From a virus, in IMG/VR virus record IMGVR_UViG_3300045988_085846, positions 1-46,301 of that record: a stretch of DNA of 46,301 bases. One strand, 5' to 3'. The notes under the pieces are model-generated. The model did no database searches. It saw nothing but the letters and a program-made list of their open reading frames with translations, and was not told the origin of the DNA. Of the stretch, positions 18,901 through 25,974 are shown piece by piece (position 1 is the first letter of the stretch; the number at the start of each line of letters is the position of its first letter). Both the position numbers and the translations under genes were made by a program.

Positions 18901-19320
18901 ATGGAACCTGTACATTTTGCAATCGGAGTGGTTTCGTTTTTGGTGACTACCGGAATTATCGAAATCTCTCCTATCAAAATCGCCCCTTGGTCGGCAGTTT
19001 TCCGCTGGATCGGGAAAAAAATCATGGGGGACGTATCAGCTCAACTTGTCGATATTTCGGACAAATTGGATTCCCACATCGAAGAAGATGCTAGGGATAA
19101 GGCCAAGCGCCTGCGGGTGCGGATTTTGCGGTTTGCCGACGAGCTTTTGCAGGGCGAACGGCATAGCCAGGAGCATTTTAATGAGATCCTGGAGGATATC
19201 ACGGAGTACAACAGATACTGTGCCACACACCCGGATTTTCCCAATGACAAGGCCGCTATCTCCATCGGACACATTGAAAACGTGTACAGAGCGCGGCTGG
19301 AAAACAACGATTTTTTGTAG
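18901..19320 (+). CDS. membrane-anchored hypothetical protein preceding the holin
   Basis: 139 aa from ATG 18901 (SD gaggtg); N-terminal hydrophobic segment FAIGVVSFLVTTGIIEI. Confidence 0.45.
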   Translation: MEPVHFAIGVVSFLVTTGIIEISPIKIAPWSAVFRWIGKKIMGDVSAQLVDISDKLDSHIEEDARDKAKRLRVRILRFADELLQGERHSQEHFNEILEDITEYNRYCATHPDFPNDKAAISIGHIENVYRARLENNDFL

Positions 19321-19332
19321 GGAGGGAAACGT

Positions 19333-19521
19333 ATGAAACAACTGCTGAAACTGCTTGATGTGAAGAGCCTGGTTACTCTGGCTATGACTGCGGCCATGAT
19401 CGCCTTGCTTTTCTATCCCGTGGAGGTAAACCCGGATGCAAAAAGCCTCTTTTGCACGGCCTACGGGGCTATCATCACGTATTTCTTCACGAAGAAAACG
19501 GAGGGGAAGGGCAATGAATAA
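19333..19521 (+). CDS. holin
   Basis: 62 aa, two hydrophobic segments (LVTLAMTAAMIALLFYP; LFCTAYGAIITYFF) and a charged C-terminus; overlaps the endolysin start. Confidence 0.7.
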   Translation: MKQLLKLLDVKSLVTLAMTAAMIALLFYPVEVNPDAKSLFCTAYGAIITYFFTKKTEGKGNE

Positions 19522-20305
19522 GCCTGCAAGCTATTTACAAACAGACCCCCGCTGGGCCAACGTGGACTATTCCGCCAAGGGGGAGAAAACCACCATCGGC
19601 AAATCCGGCTGCGGCCCCACTGCTATGGCGATGGTGCTGGCCACCTGGGCGGACAAATCCGTCACGCCGAAGACTGAGTGCACCTGGGCGCTGGCCCACG
19701 GCTACAAGGCCCCGCACCAGGGGACTTATTACGGCTACTTCGCCCCAGCCGCCAAGCGCTTCGGCCTGACCTGCAAGATGCTCAACGGGGCCAGCATCTA
19801 CGGAAAACCCAACAGCCCGTACCACGCCCAGGCCAAGGCCGCCGTGGACCAGGGTGATCTTGTGATCGCCTGCATGGGCCGTGGGCTTTGGACGTCTTCT
19901 GGGCACTTCGTCCTGGTGTGGAAAATCACCGGGAATACCATCTATATCAACGATCCTGCCAGCACCCGGACGGCGCGGACGCAGGGGGACTATTCGCTGT
20001 TCAAGCAGCAGGTGAAATACTATTTCGTGGTAAAAAAACCGGCCACCATTCAGCGGCCAGAGAAGGAGGATGACGATATGGACATCAAAAAGATCATCGA
20101 ACAGCTCACTCCAGAAATGTGCTACAGCATCATGGTTGAGGCTATGGCCTATGCAGGCAATCTGCCGGAACCGGAGTGGTCGAAAAAAGAGGGTGCTTTC
20201 CAGGGCCTGAAGCATCGTGGTATCATGGACGGAACGGGGCCGGAGCGCCCTGTCAAGCGGGATGAGCTGGCCGCTGTGCTGGGCCGTCTGGGGGTGCTGG
20301 ACTGA
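19514..20305 (+). CDS. endolysin, cysteine-peptidase type (C39/CHAP-like) with a C-terminal wall-binding-like domain
   Basis: 263 aa; LQTDPRWANVDY...GKSGCGPTAMAMVLA...SGHFVLVW catalytic Cys/His pattern; C-terminal ~70 aa resembles an SLH-like repeat (GIMDGTGPERPVKRDELAAVLGRL). Confidence 0.6.
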   Translation: MNKPASYLQTDPRWANVDYSAKGEKTTIGKSGCGPTAMAMVLATWADKSVTPKTECTWALAHGYKAPHQGTYYGYFAPAAKRFGLTCKMLNGASIYGKPNSPYHAQAKAAVDQGDLVIACMGRGLWTSSGHFVLVWKITGNTIYINDPASTRTARTQGDYSLFKQQVKYYFVVKKPATIQRPEKEDDDMDIKKIIEQLTPEMCYSIMVEAMAYAGNLPEPEWSKKEGAFQGLKHRGIMDGTGPERPVKRDELAAVLGRLGVLD

Positions 20306-20318
20306 GGGGGGTGGTGGT

Positions 20319-20513
20319 ATGCCACGCTATCGGTACAGCCCCGCTCAGTTGGAGAAAATGCACGGGAATCCATGGCTCACGGACCGGGAGAGGGCGGCGT
20401 TTGAGCTGCACTATCGGAGAGGTTGGCCTATCGAGGACGTTGCAGCAGAACTCGATGTGAGTCGCGGGACGGTCAACAACGATTTGGCGTCGATTCGGCG
20501 GAAAAGTCTGTGA
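20319..20513 (+). CDS. sigma-70 region-4-like HTH mini-protein
   Basis: 64 aa; LTDRERAAFELHYRRGWPIEDVAAELDVSRGTVNNDLASIRRK is a region-4/LuxR-type HTH. Confidence 0.55.
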   Translation: MPRYRYSPAQLEKMHGNPWLTDRERAAFELHYRRGWPIEDVAAELDVSRGTVNNDLASIRRKSL

Positions 20514-20516
20514 AGA

Positions 20517-20546
20517 AGCCCCTGGGTTTGGCCCAGGGGCTTGCTT
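20517..20546. terminator. bidirectional rho-independent terminator between convergent operons
   Basis: aagcccctggg-tttgg-cccaggggctt followed by gcttttatttt; lies between the + strand stop (20513) and the - strand stop (20547). Confidence 0.8.
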
Positions 20547-21041
20547 TTATTTTAGTTTATCCTGATTGTCGATGTGCTTTTGAATCAATCCCCGTACATA
20601 CTCACTGACTGAGATGCCCTGCGCTTTCGCGGTGTTTCTAACATCACGCAACATCTCCGGTGGAACCGTGATAGTGAGCGTCTGCATGTGTTTGTTGGAC
20701 GGTTTTCGCCCCCTTCCTTTCTTCTCTGGGTGTTTTATTTCATAATTTTCCCTGGATCTTTGTTTATTCAGCATCTCCGAACATTCGTCGGAACACGTTT
20801 TTGCCCGGCGGCTGCGATTTTCTGCTATCTCATTCCCGCAAACAACACAAATTCTTGGCGGGTCTTGGATTTCGCCTCTTTTGATTAGCTTCATTTTTCG
20901 GGCGGATTCCATTACCTGCACGGAACGGCGCTCCCTGGAACAGTGCGGGCAGAAACGCGCCTTGGATTCCCTTGGGATACTCTCCCCGCACATCTCGCAT
21001 TTTTTGAGTGCTTTCACTCCGGACTTCTTCTTTTCCTCCAT
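20547..21041 (-). CDS. double zinc-ribbon + C-terminal ribbon-helix-helix protein
   Basis: 164 aa; CEMCGESIP...CPHC and CVVCGNEI...CSDEC units; C-terminus TLTITVPPEMLRDVRNTAKAQGISVSEYVRGLIQKHI (CopG/Arc-like); SD aggagg. Confidence 0.6.
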   Translation of the reverse strand: MEEKKKSGVKALKKCEMCGESIPRESKARFCPHCSRERRSVQVMESARKMKLIKRGEIQDPPRICVVCGNEIAENRSRRAKTCSDECSEMLNKQRSRENYEIKHPEKKGRGRKPSNKHMQTLTITVPPEMLRDVRNTAKAQGISVSEYVRGLIQKHIDNQDKLK

Positions 21042-21071
21042 GGTTCCTCCTGATGAAGTGATGGGGCGGCG

Positions 21072-21677
21072 TTATTCCAGCCCCTTGCTCTTCTCAATTT
21101 CACGCTGGATCAACTCTCTCATAAATTTGCTGAGACTCTCTTTGTTTGCATTCGCGGAATCCAGAATCCAGTCCCGCATTGAGGCTGGGGCGGAAAAAAA
21201 TATGGAAACAGTCGGGTCGTCCGCAATGGGAGATGCTTTTCTTTTTTGTACCGGAACATGCCTGTGCTGCTCGTAATACGAGCGTTGATATTGTTGCCGA
21301 TGGATTCTCCCACATGCATCCGAGCAAACGATTGCTCTGGGGTTTTTGCCTGCCGGAATTGGCTGCCCGCAAATCACGCAAATCCTCGGCTTCGGCCTTG
21401 TGCTTTGATACCTTTCTTTGTGATACTGCTCTTTTCCGATTTTTTTGCATTCATCGGAGCAGTAATCATTCCTCTGATTCCATTCGCGCGGGATCGGCTT
21501 CCCGCAGACTTTGCACAGCTTTTGAGGCTGTGTGATCTCATAGTTCTTTTTGGCGGCTATGGCATCTTCTACGTTTCCATATACACCGAGATACTTCTTT
21601 CCGCAGTACACCATCCATTTTCCGGTGCCTTTGTTCCATGTGACACCACGGACGCCTGATTTCGGTGTCTCAGCCAT
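21072..21677 (-). CDS. AP2-like + double zinc-ribbon + RHH protein (paralog of 20547-21041)
   Basis: 201 aa from the internal ATG; SGVRGVTWNKGTGKWMVYCGKKYLGVYGNVEDAIAAKKNYE (AP2-type); CKVCGKPIP...CSDEC, CVICGQPIP...CSDAC; C-terminal RHH-like SIFFSAPASMRDWILDSANANKESLSKFMRELIQREI. Confidence 0.55.
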   Translation of the reverse strand: MAETPKSGVRGVTWNKGTGKWMVYCGKKYLGVYGNVEDAIAAKKNYEITQPQKLCKVCGKPIPREWNQRNDYCSDECKKIGKEQYHKERYQSTRPKPRICVICGQPIPAGKNPRAIVCSDACGRIHRQQYQRSYYEQHRHVPVQKRKASPIADDPTVSIFFSAPASMRDWILDSANANKESLSKFMRELIQREIEKSKGLE

Positions 21678-22002
21678 GGCAAAAATCCTGCCGCACCAAG
21701 CGCACCAGCATGAGGCGTACATATTCCGGGGCGTTGCTGGCTCCACTTTCCCAGTTTTGGACGGTCCGGGGTGGGATACCGTACCAGGCGGCAAATCTGG
21801 ACTGTGTCAGGCCGGTCATGGCCCGGAGTTCTGCAACGCTCTTTCGGACGTCTTCCCAGAGCTTGGCCAGGTATTGCACCCGGTCTACCGGGATTGGGGC
21901 GGTGGGTTCGTCTCCCCAGATGTTGGAAAGCGCCCAGTCGGAGACGAAAGCATCTCTGTCGGTGGTAGAGATGGCGTCCTGGATCAACATTTGTTCGTTC
22001 AT
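21670..22002 (-). CDS. XRE-family HTH protein
   Basis: 110 aa from the ATG overlapping the upstream stop (TAATG); LRAMTGLTQSRFAAWYGIPPRTVQNWESGASNAPEYVRLML. Confidence 0.6.
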   Translation of the reverse strand: MNEQMLIQDAISTTDRDAFVSDWALSNIWGDEPTAPIPVDRVQYLAKLWEDVRKSVAELRAMTGLTQSRFAAWYGIPPRTVQNWESGASNAPEYVRLMLVRLVRQDFCHG

Positions 22003-23009
22003 TACTTTTCTTCCTTTCTCATTTTCACGGGATAGATAACAACGGTATCCTGTGTTTTGTTTTTTAGGTTGATAAACGTGGGAGCGACCCATTTCAGGAT
22101 CAGTTTCCGATCTCCGTCCCGTGGCCCAGTCCAGAAATGGTGCCAATGCCCGCGGCGGGAGTGTGGGGATTTTTTGGAGCCTGTGCCGGGTTCCGTCTCC
22201 GCGCTAGGGGATGGCTTGGCTTTGATTTTTCGGATCGCCGCACCGATGCGGAGACCGACGTTCTTCACCTTCACGCTGCTTTTCTTTTTCTTCCCCTTCT
22301 GGGATTTCTGGGTGTTGTCCAGTTCGGGGGCTGGGCCGCTGGTGATCTCTGCGTTTTCGGATAGCAGGTATAGTATCCACTGAATCGCTTGCAGGTGCAT
22401 GATCCAATTCTCTTTTTCTTCATGCCTGCCCTTCGTTTCCATGGTATCCATAGTATCTACTATACATTCCCAGATTGTTTTTTCAGGCTGCAATTTCAGA
22501 AAACAATCAAATATAGCGGTGTCCCCCTGTTTCACGCCCACGAAATGTATCACGGTGTTTTTGGTTTCTGTGTTGTAGTCCACAAATGCAAATAAACCGT
22601 CGATAATATATTTATCCGTAGGCCCTGCCGTTTTCATGTAAATGCAGGGGTACGGGAGATTTAACAGCATTTCAACCGGCAAGAGATCGGATTCGTCCAT
22701 TTCCTCCGCCTGTTGCATCAGCAGTCTGGCCAGGTCTGGATCGAACTGATACATGACCTTTGTTTTCGACCACGCCCAGCACGCCGTTGTTACGCTGACA
22801 AATCCATTTCTGGAGAATGCGTCGAAACTATCCCATTCGTTGGAAATGAGTCTTACTTCGTCCACCGCTATATTTAGCGGGAGTGGACAGTAGTCTGGCC
22901 AATTAGATTCCCCAGAAATTTTCCGGGCTGCGAGATCATCCAATCGGTCATAAACATTCCCAATCGACCACTGCCGGACAAACGGCATTGGCGTGTCTTT
23001 TTCTTTCAT
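22002..23009 (-). CDS. hypothetical 335-aa protein with a basic C-terminal RRGHWHHFW motif
   Basis: SD aggagg 5 nt upstream; lysine-rich linker (KSQKGKKKKSSVKVK) then SPHSRRGHWHHFWTGPRDGDRKLILKWVAPTFIN; no family recognised. Confidence 0.6.
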   Translation of the reverse strand: MKEKDTPMPFVRQWSIGNVYDRLDDLAARKISGESNWPDYCPLPLNIAVDEVRLISNEWDSFDAFSRNGFVSVTTACWAWSKTKVMYQFDPDLARLLMQQAEEMDESDLLPVEMLLNLPYPCIYMKTAGPTDKYIIDGLFAFVDYNTETKNTVIHFVGVKQGDTAIFDCFLKLQPEKTIWECIVDTMDTMETKGRHEEKENWIMHLQAIQWILYLLSENAEITSGPAPELDNTQKSQKGKKKKSSVKVKNVGLRIGAAIRKIKAKPSPSAETEPGTGSKKSPHSRRGHWHHFWTGPRDGDRKLILKWVAPTFINLKNKTQDTVVIYPVKMRKEEK

Positions 23010-23082
23010 AAATTCCTCCTATCTTGCGGGGTTGTGACCGCAGGGCTTACGCCCTCCCGCATTACCGGCCCAGTGTGGGCCG

Positions 23083-23469
23083 TCACTCTGCGTTGTATAC
23101 CCCGTATTCTGCGATTTCTTCCGGGTCTGCCTCGTGGACCTGCTCCATCAAGTCCTCAATTTCCAGCCCCCAACCGGCGGCCAGGAATTCCAGTTCTTTT
23201 TTATCGACGCAGATAGGAGACTGACTTCCGAAAAAGGCATCCTCCCGGTCAACGTTGGGGAAATAGTATTCTCTGTCGAGCATGGCCGCGTTGATGTAGC
23301 TGTCGGAGAACTCACTATCCAGCAGGTCCTGGAAGCCGGGATCGAGTTCCAGGTAACGGTCCAGGAATTCTTTTGCGGTGCAGGGGGCGAGTTCTGCGTG
23401 AACCTGCTCTCGAATGTCGTCGTTCATGTAAACGGTGATGGCGTCCCAATATCTGTTCTTCATTTTCAT
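23083..23469 (-). CDS. acidic hypothetical protein
   Basis: 128 aa (or 126 from the second ATG, which has better SD spacing); 31 D/E versus 10 K/R. Confidence 0.55.
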   Translation of the reverse strand: MKMKNRYWDAITVYMNDDIREQVHAELAPCTAKEFLDRYLELDPGFQDLLDSEFSDSYINAAMLDREYYFPNVDREDAFFGSQSPICVDKKELEFLAAGWGLEIEDLMEQVHEADPEEIAEYGVYNAE

Positions 23470-23499
23470 TTCCTCCTAGTTTGTGTTCCGTGGGGTTCG

Positions 23500-23829
23500 T
23501 TACTGGATGATCTCAATGACAACGGGGTCTTCGATGACCAGTTCACCCAGGTCTTCGCCGTAGGTGGCGGAGTTGCCACCGATCACGGCGATGTGATCAC
23601 CGTCGTAAAAATTGGAGCCGCTCAGGACGCCCAGCTTGCGAACGTCAATGACGCTGACGCCGTCCATCTCTTCGTCAGTCTCTTCCCCGTCCACCCAGAC
23701 GGAGGAAGCGTGGTCGAGTTCGCCGAGCTCGAATTCCTGCTCTTGGAAACGGATGCCGATGTACTCATAATCCATTTCGTACTCTTCAGCGATAGCCATG
23801 ATCTTTTCTTTCATCTCGTTGGTCAACAT
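23500..23829 (-). CDS. very acidic hypothetical protein
   Basis: 109 aa; 28 D/E versus 5 K/R; SD aaggaaggggga upstream; first gene after the consensus promoter. Confidence 0.6.
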   Translation of the reverse strand: MLTNEMKEKIMAIAEEYEMDYEYIGIRFQEQEFELGELDHASSVWVDGEETDEEMDGVSVIDVRKLGVLSGSNFYDGDHIAVIGGNSATYGEDLGELVIEDPVVIEIIQ

Positions 23830-23860
23830 TTCGTTGTCCCCCTTCCTTTACTGTACTTGT

Positions 23861-23889
23861 ATTATAGCACCGATTTGGTGCATTGTCAA
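23861..23889 (-). promoter_or_regulatory. consensus sigma-A/sigma-70 promoter for the leftward accessory operon
   Basis: On the minus strand, TTGACA (23889-23884), 17-nt spacer, TATAAT (23866-23861), ~32 nt upstream of ATG 23829. Confidence 0.75.
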
Positions 23890-23911
23890 TAGGTTTGCAC
23901 CAATTTGGTGA
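23867..23911. promoter_or_regulatory. two 15-bp palindromic operator-like sites
   Basis: gcaccgatttggtgc (23867-23881, fills the promoter spacer) and gcaccaatttggtga (23897-23911), centres 30 bp apart. Confidence 0.65.
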
Positions 23912-23931
23912 TAAAATTTTGAAAAAACAAA

Positions 23932-23982
23932 AGCCCCCGCCGGTTTTCTGCAACGTGCCGGTGGGGGCTGCCTTTTCGTTTT
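23932..23982. terminator. strong bidirectional intrinsic terminator with no upstream CDS
   Basis: 12-bp stem agcccccgccgg/ccggtgggggct, T-runs on both strands (ccttttcgtttt on +; ttttgtttttt on -). Confidence 0.7.
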
Positions 23983-24027
23983 GGGGAGAAAAGGTATTTT
24001 TAAAATACCACATTCCCAGTGTCGAAA

Positions 24028-24059
24028 CCCGTCCCATTTTGGGGGCGGGCTTTTTTATT
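24028..24059 (+). terminator. second intrinsic terminator in the same intergenic region
   Basis: cccgtccc/gggggcgg 8-bp stem followed by cttttttatt. Confidence 0.6.
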
Positions 24060-24065
24060 GGGCAG

Positions 24066-24098
24066 AAATTGGGCATAAATTGAGCGGGAATTGGGCAT
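24066..24098. repeat. three tandem 11-bp repeats upstream of the rightward orphan operon
   Basis: aaattgggcat / aaattgagcgg / gaattgggcat, directly upstream of ttggac...tggtaaaat (extended -10 at 24126-24134). Confidence 0.6.
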
Positions 24099-24159
24099 GG
24101 TTTGGACAAGCGATGGAGCGGCAGATGGTAAAATTTATCTAGAACGAGGGGTGATAAAA

Positions 24160-24615
24160 ATGGCTGCTTACACTGTGCCGAACTACGGAGGAAACTTTCA
24201 GATGCCCAACCAAATGCAGAACGTGCAGGGCTATCAACAGAATCAGGTATACCAGCAGGGGCAGAACTACCAGCCCTCTATAATCCAGCAGAGCAACAGC
24301 GGCTATATCTGCCGCCCAGTAACGGGCCGGGAGGAAGCGGTTGCCATGCAGGTTGATTTTCTGGGGCCTGGTACGTTGATGCCTGATTTTCCCCACGGAA
24401 TCATATATTTTAAGCGGTTCAACCCGAACACTGGGGCGGCGGATTTTGCTGAATTCCGTTTAGCGCCGCCACAGCCGGAACCAAAACCGGCGCAGGGCGT
24501 AACGATGGACGATTTCAACGCCCTAGCAGATAGGGTTAGAAAACTAGAGAAAATGGAAGGTGGGATAAAAAATGGTGCAGATGAACCCTATGATGTTTCT
24601 GATGCAGGCCGCTAG
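24160..24615 (+). CDS. Q/N-rich hypothetical protein
   Basis: 151 aa, SD gagggg; 20 of the first 48 residues are Q or N; globular C-terminal half (PVTGREEAVAMQVDFLGPGTLMPDFPHGIIYFKRFNP...). Confidence 0.6.
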   Translation: MAAYTVPNYGGNFQMPNQMQNVQGYQQNQVYQQGQNYQPSIIQQSNSGYICRPVTGREEAVAMQVDFLGPGTLMPDFPHGIIYFKRFNPNTGAADFAEFRLAPPQPEPKPAQGVTMDDFNALADRVRKLEKMEGGIKNGADEPYDVSDAGR

Positions 24616-24808
24616 AAGCGGGAACCCAATGGGTATGCTTCGGCAGTTGGCAGGCCAGAATCCACAGATTTCTCAGGCCATGCGGATGATGCAGGGCAAA
24701 TCAACCCAGCAGTTGCAGCAGATGGCCCAGAATATGGCGAATGAACGGGGCGTAAGCCTGAACGATGTGGCCCGGCAGTTAGGAATCACGATTCCCAGCA
24801 ACCGGTAA
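24572..24808 (+). CDS. M/Q-rich small hypothetical protein
   Basis: 78 aa, SD ggaaggtggg; overlaps the upstream gene by 44 nt (later in-frame ATGs possible); C-terminal HTH-like GVSLNDVARQLGITIP. Confidence 0.45.
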   Translation: MVQMNPMMFLMQAARSGNPMGMLRQLAGQNPQISQAMRMMQGKSTQQLQQMAQNMANERGVSLNDVARQLGITIPSNR

Positions 24809-24879
24809 CATAAATTAACCATTTCAGTTGGCGAATCTTGACAAAAATCGTCAAATCCAACTGAAAGGTGGTTTGTCGA

Positions 24880-25716
24880 ATGGCAGACGAAATGATGACT
24901 GGTTATCTGGCCGGACAGGCTGATAACAACAACTGCAACGGCGGCGGTATGTGGGGCGGTGATGGTTCCTGGATTTTCGCATTCCTGATTATCGCCCTGA
25001 TCTTCGGCGGCAACGGCTTCGGCTGGGGCAACAACGGCACGAATGGCGGCGCTTTACAGGGGGCTATCACCCGCGCAGACCTGTGCGAATCCTTTAACTT
25101 CAACGGCCTTGATAACGCCGTTCGTGGTGTGCAGAGCGGCCTCTGCGATGGATTCTATGCTATGAATACCGGGATGCTGAACGGTTTCAATGGCATGCAG
25201 CAGGTGGTTTCCAACGGCTTCCACGGTGTTGATAATGCTATCTGCGCCATGGGTTACCAGAATGCCCAGCTTATCAACGGCGTAACCCAGAACATGAACA
25301 CCGGCTTTACCGGCGTGACGGCTGGCCTCACGGCTCTGGGCAATCAGATGCAGTCCTGCTGCTGTGATACTCAGCGGCAGGTGGAGCGTGGCTTCTGCGA
25401 TACCAATTACAACGCTGCAACCAACGCCCGTGATATCATCCAGTCCACCCACAACGACACCGACCGGATCATTGCGCGGATTGACCAGATGGAAACCGCA
25501 CGGCAGGCTGAGAAGATCGCGGCGCTCCAGGCTGAAAACCAGGGGTTGAAATTTGCCGCTTCTCAGGCCGCGCAGAACACCTACCTTGTAGCGTCCCAGG
25601 CGGACCAGACGGCGAAAATCATCAACGCTATCAACCCGCCCCCTATCCCGGCCTACCAGGTGCCCAACCCCTACACTGGGAACGGCTGCGGTTGCAATAG
25701 CGGCTGCGGTTGCTGA
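24880..25716 (+). CDS. membrane protein with Gly/Asn-rich 11-residue repeats and 12 Cys (C-terminal GCGCNSGCGC)
   Basis: 278 aa from ATG 24880 (SD aaaggtgg); TM segment SWIFAFLIIALIFGG; hendecad pattern xxG(L/M/F)xxG(F/V)xG(V/M); coiled-coil-like IARIDQMETARQAEKIAALQAENQ. Confidence 0.6.
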   Translation: MADEMMTGYLAGQADNNNCNGGGMWGGDGSWIFAFLIIALIFGGNGFGWGNNGTNGGALQGAITRADLCESFNFNGLDNAVRGVQSGLCDGFYAMNTGMLNGFNGMQQVVSNGFHGVDNAICAMGYQNAQLINGVTQNMNTGFTGVTAGLTALGNQMQSCCCDTQRQVERGFCDTNYNAATNARDIIQSTHNDTDRIIARIDQMETARQAEKIAALQAENQGLKFAASQAAQNTYLVASQADQTAKIINAINPPPIPAYQVPNPYTGNGCGCNSGCGC

Positions 25717-25749
25717 TCCAACACATTCCGGCTATGCCGTGATACTAAA

Positions 25750-25780
25750 GGCGGCAGGCTAAAACCTGCCGCCTATTTTT
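25750..25780 (+). terminator. rho-independent terminator splitting the orphan operon
   Basis: ggcggcagg-ctaaaa-cctgccgcc followed by tattttt. Confidence 0.8.
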
Positions 25781-25792
25781 GAGAGGTGACAC

Positions 25793-25972
25793 ATGGAAAA
25801 AGAAATTTTCGACAGAGCGGTTGACATGCTACGGGATGGAAAACAGCGGGAGGCTGTTATCCTGCTGCGAGACAACGGATTTTCTTGTACCTCTGAGGAC
25901 GGCGGCTTATCCGTTTCGCTTATGCTGTTGATGATCGCGTTTTCTGATTGTTTCGGCAAAGAAGGAGAATAA
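25793..25972 (+). CDS. small hypothetical protein (59 aa)
   Basis: SD gagagg 7 nt upstream; MEKEIFDRAVDMLRDGKQREAVILLRDNGF...; below the ORF-track cutoff; translated by hand with no internal stop. Confidence 0.45.
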   Translation: MEKEIFDRAVDMLRDGKQREAVILLRDNGFSCTSEDGGLSVSLMLLMIAFSDCFGKEGE

Positions 25973-25974
25973 AA

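Noticed and set aside
21678-21794. Longer 240-aa version of the AP2/zinc-ribbon/RHH gene
   Set aside because: The extension would overlap the upstream XRE gene by 125 nt and encodes an implausible leader (MPPGTVSHPGPSKTGKVEPATPRNMYASCWCAWCGRIFA). The internal ATG at 21677 begins exactly at the AP2 domain.
23134-23892. 252-aa plus-strand ORF
   Set aside because: It is antisense to the two acidic genes. The V/L/F-rich translation is the mirror of E/D-rich coding. The minus-strand genes have strong SD sites and a consensus promoter.
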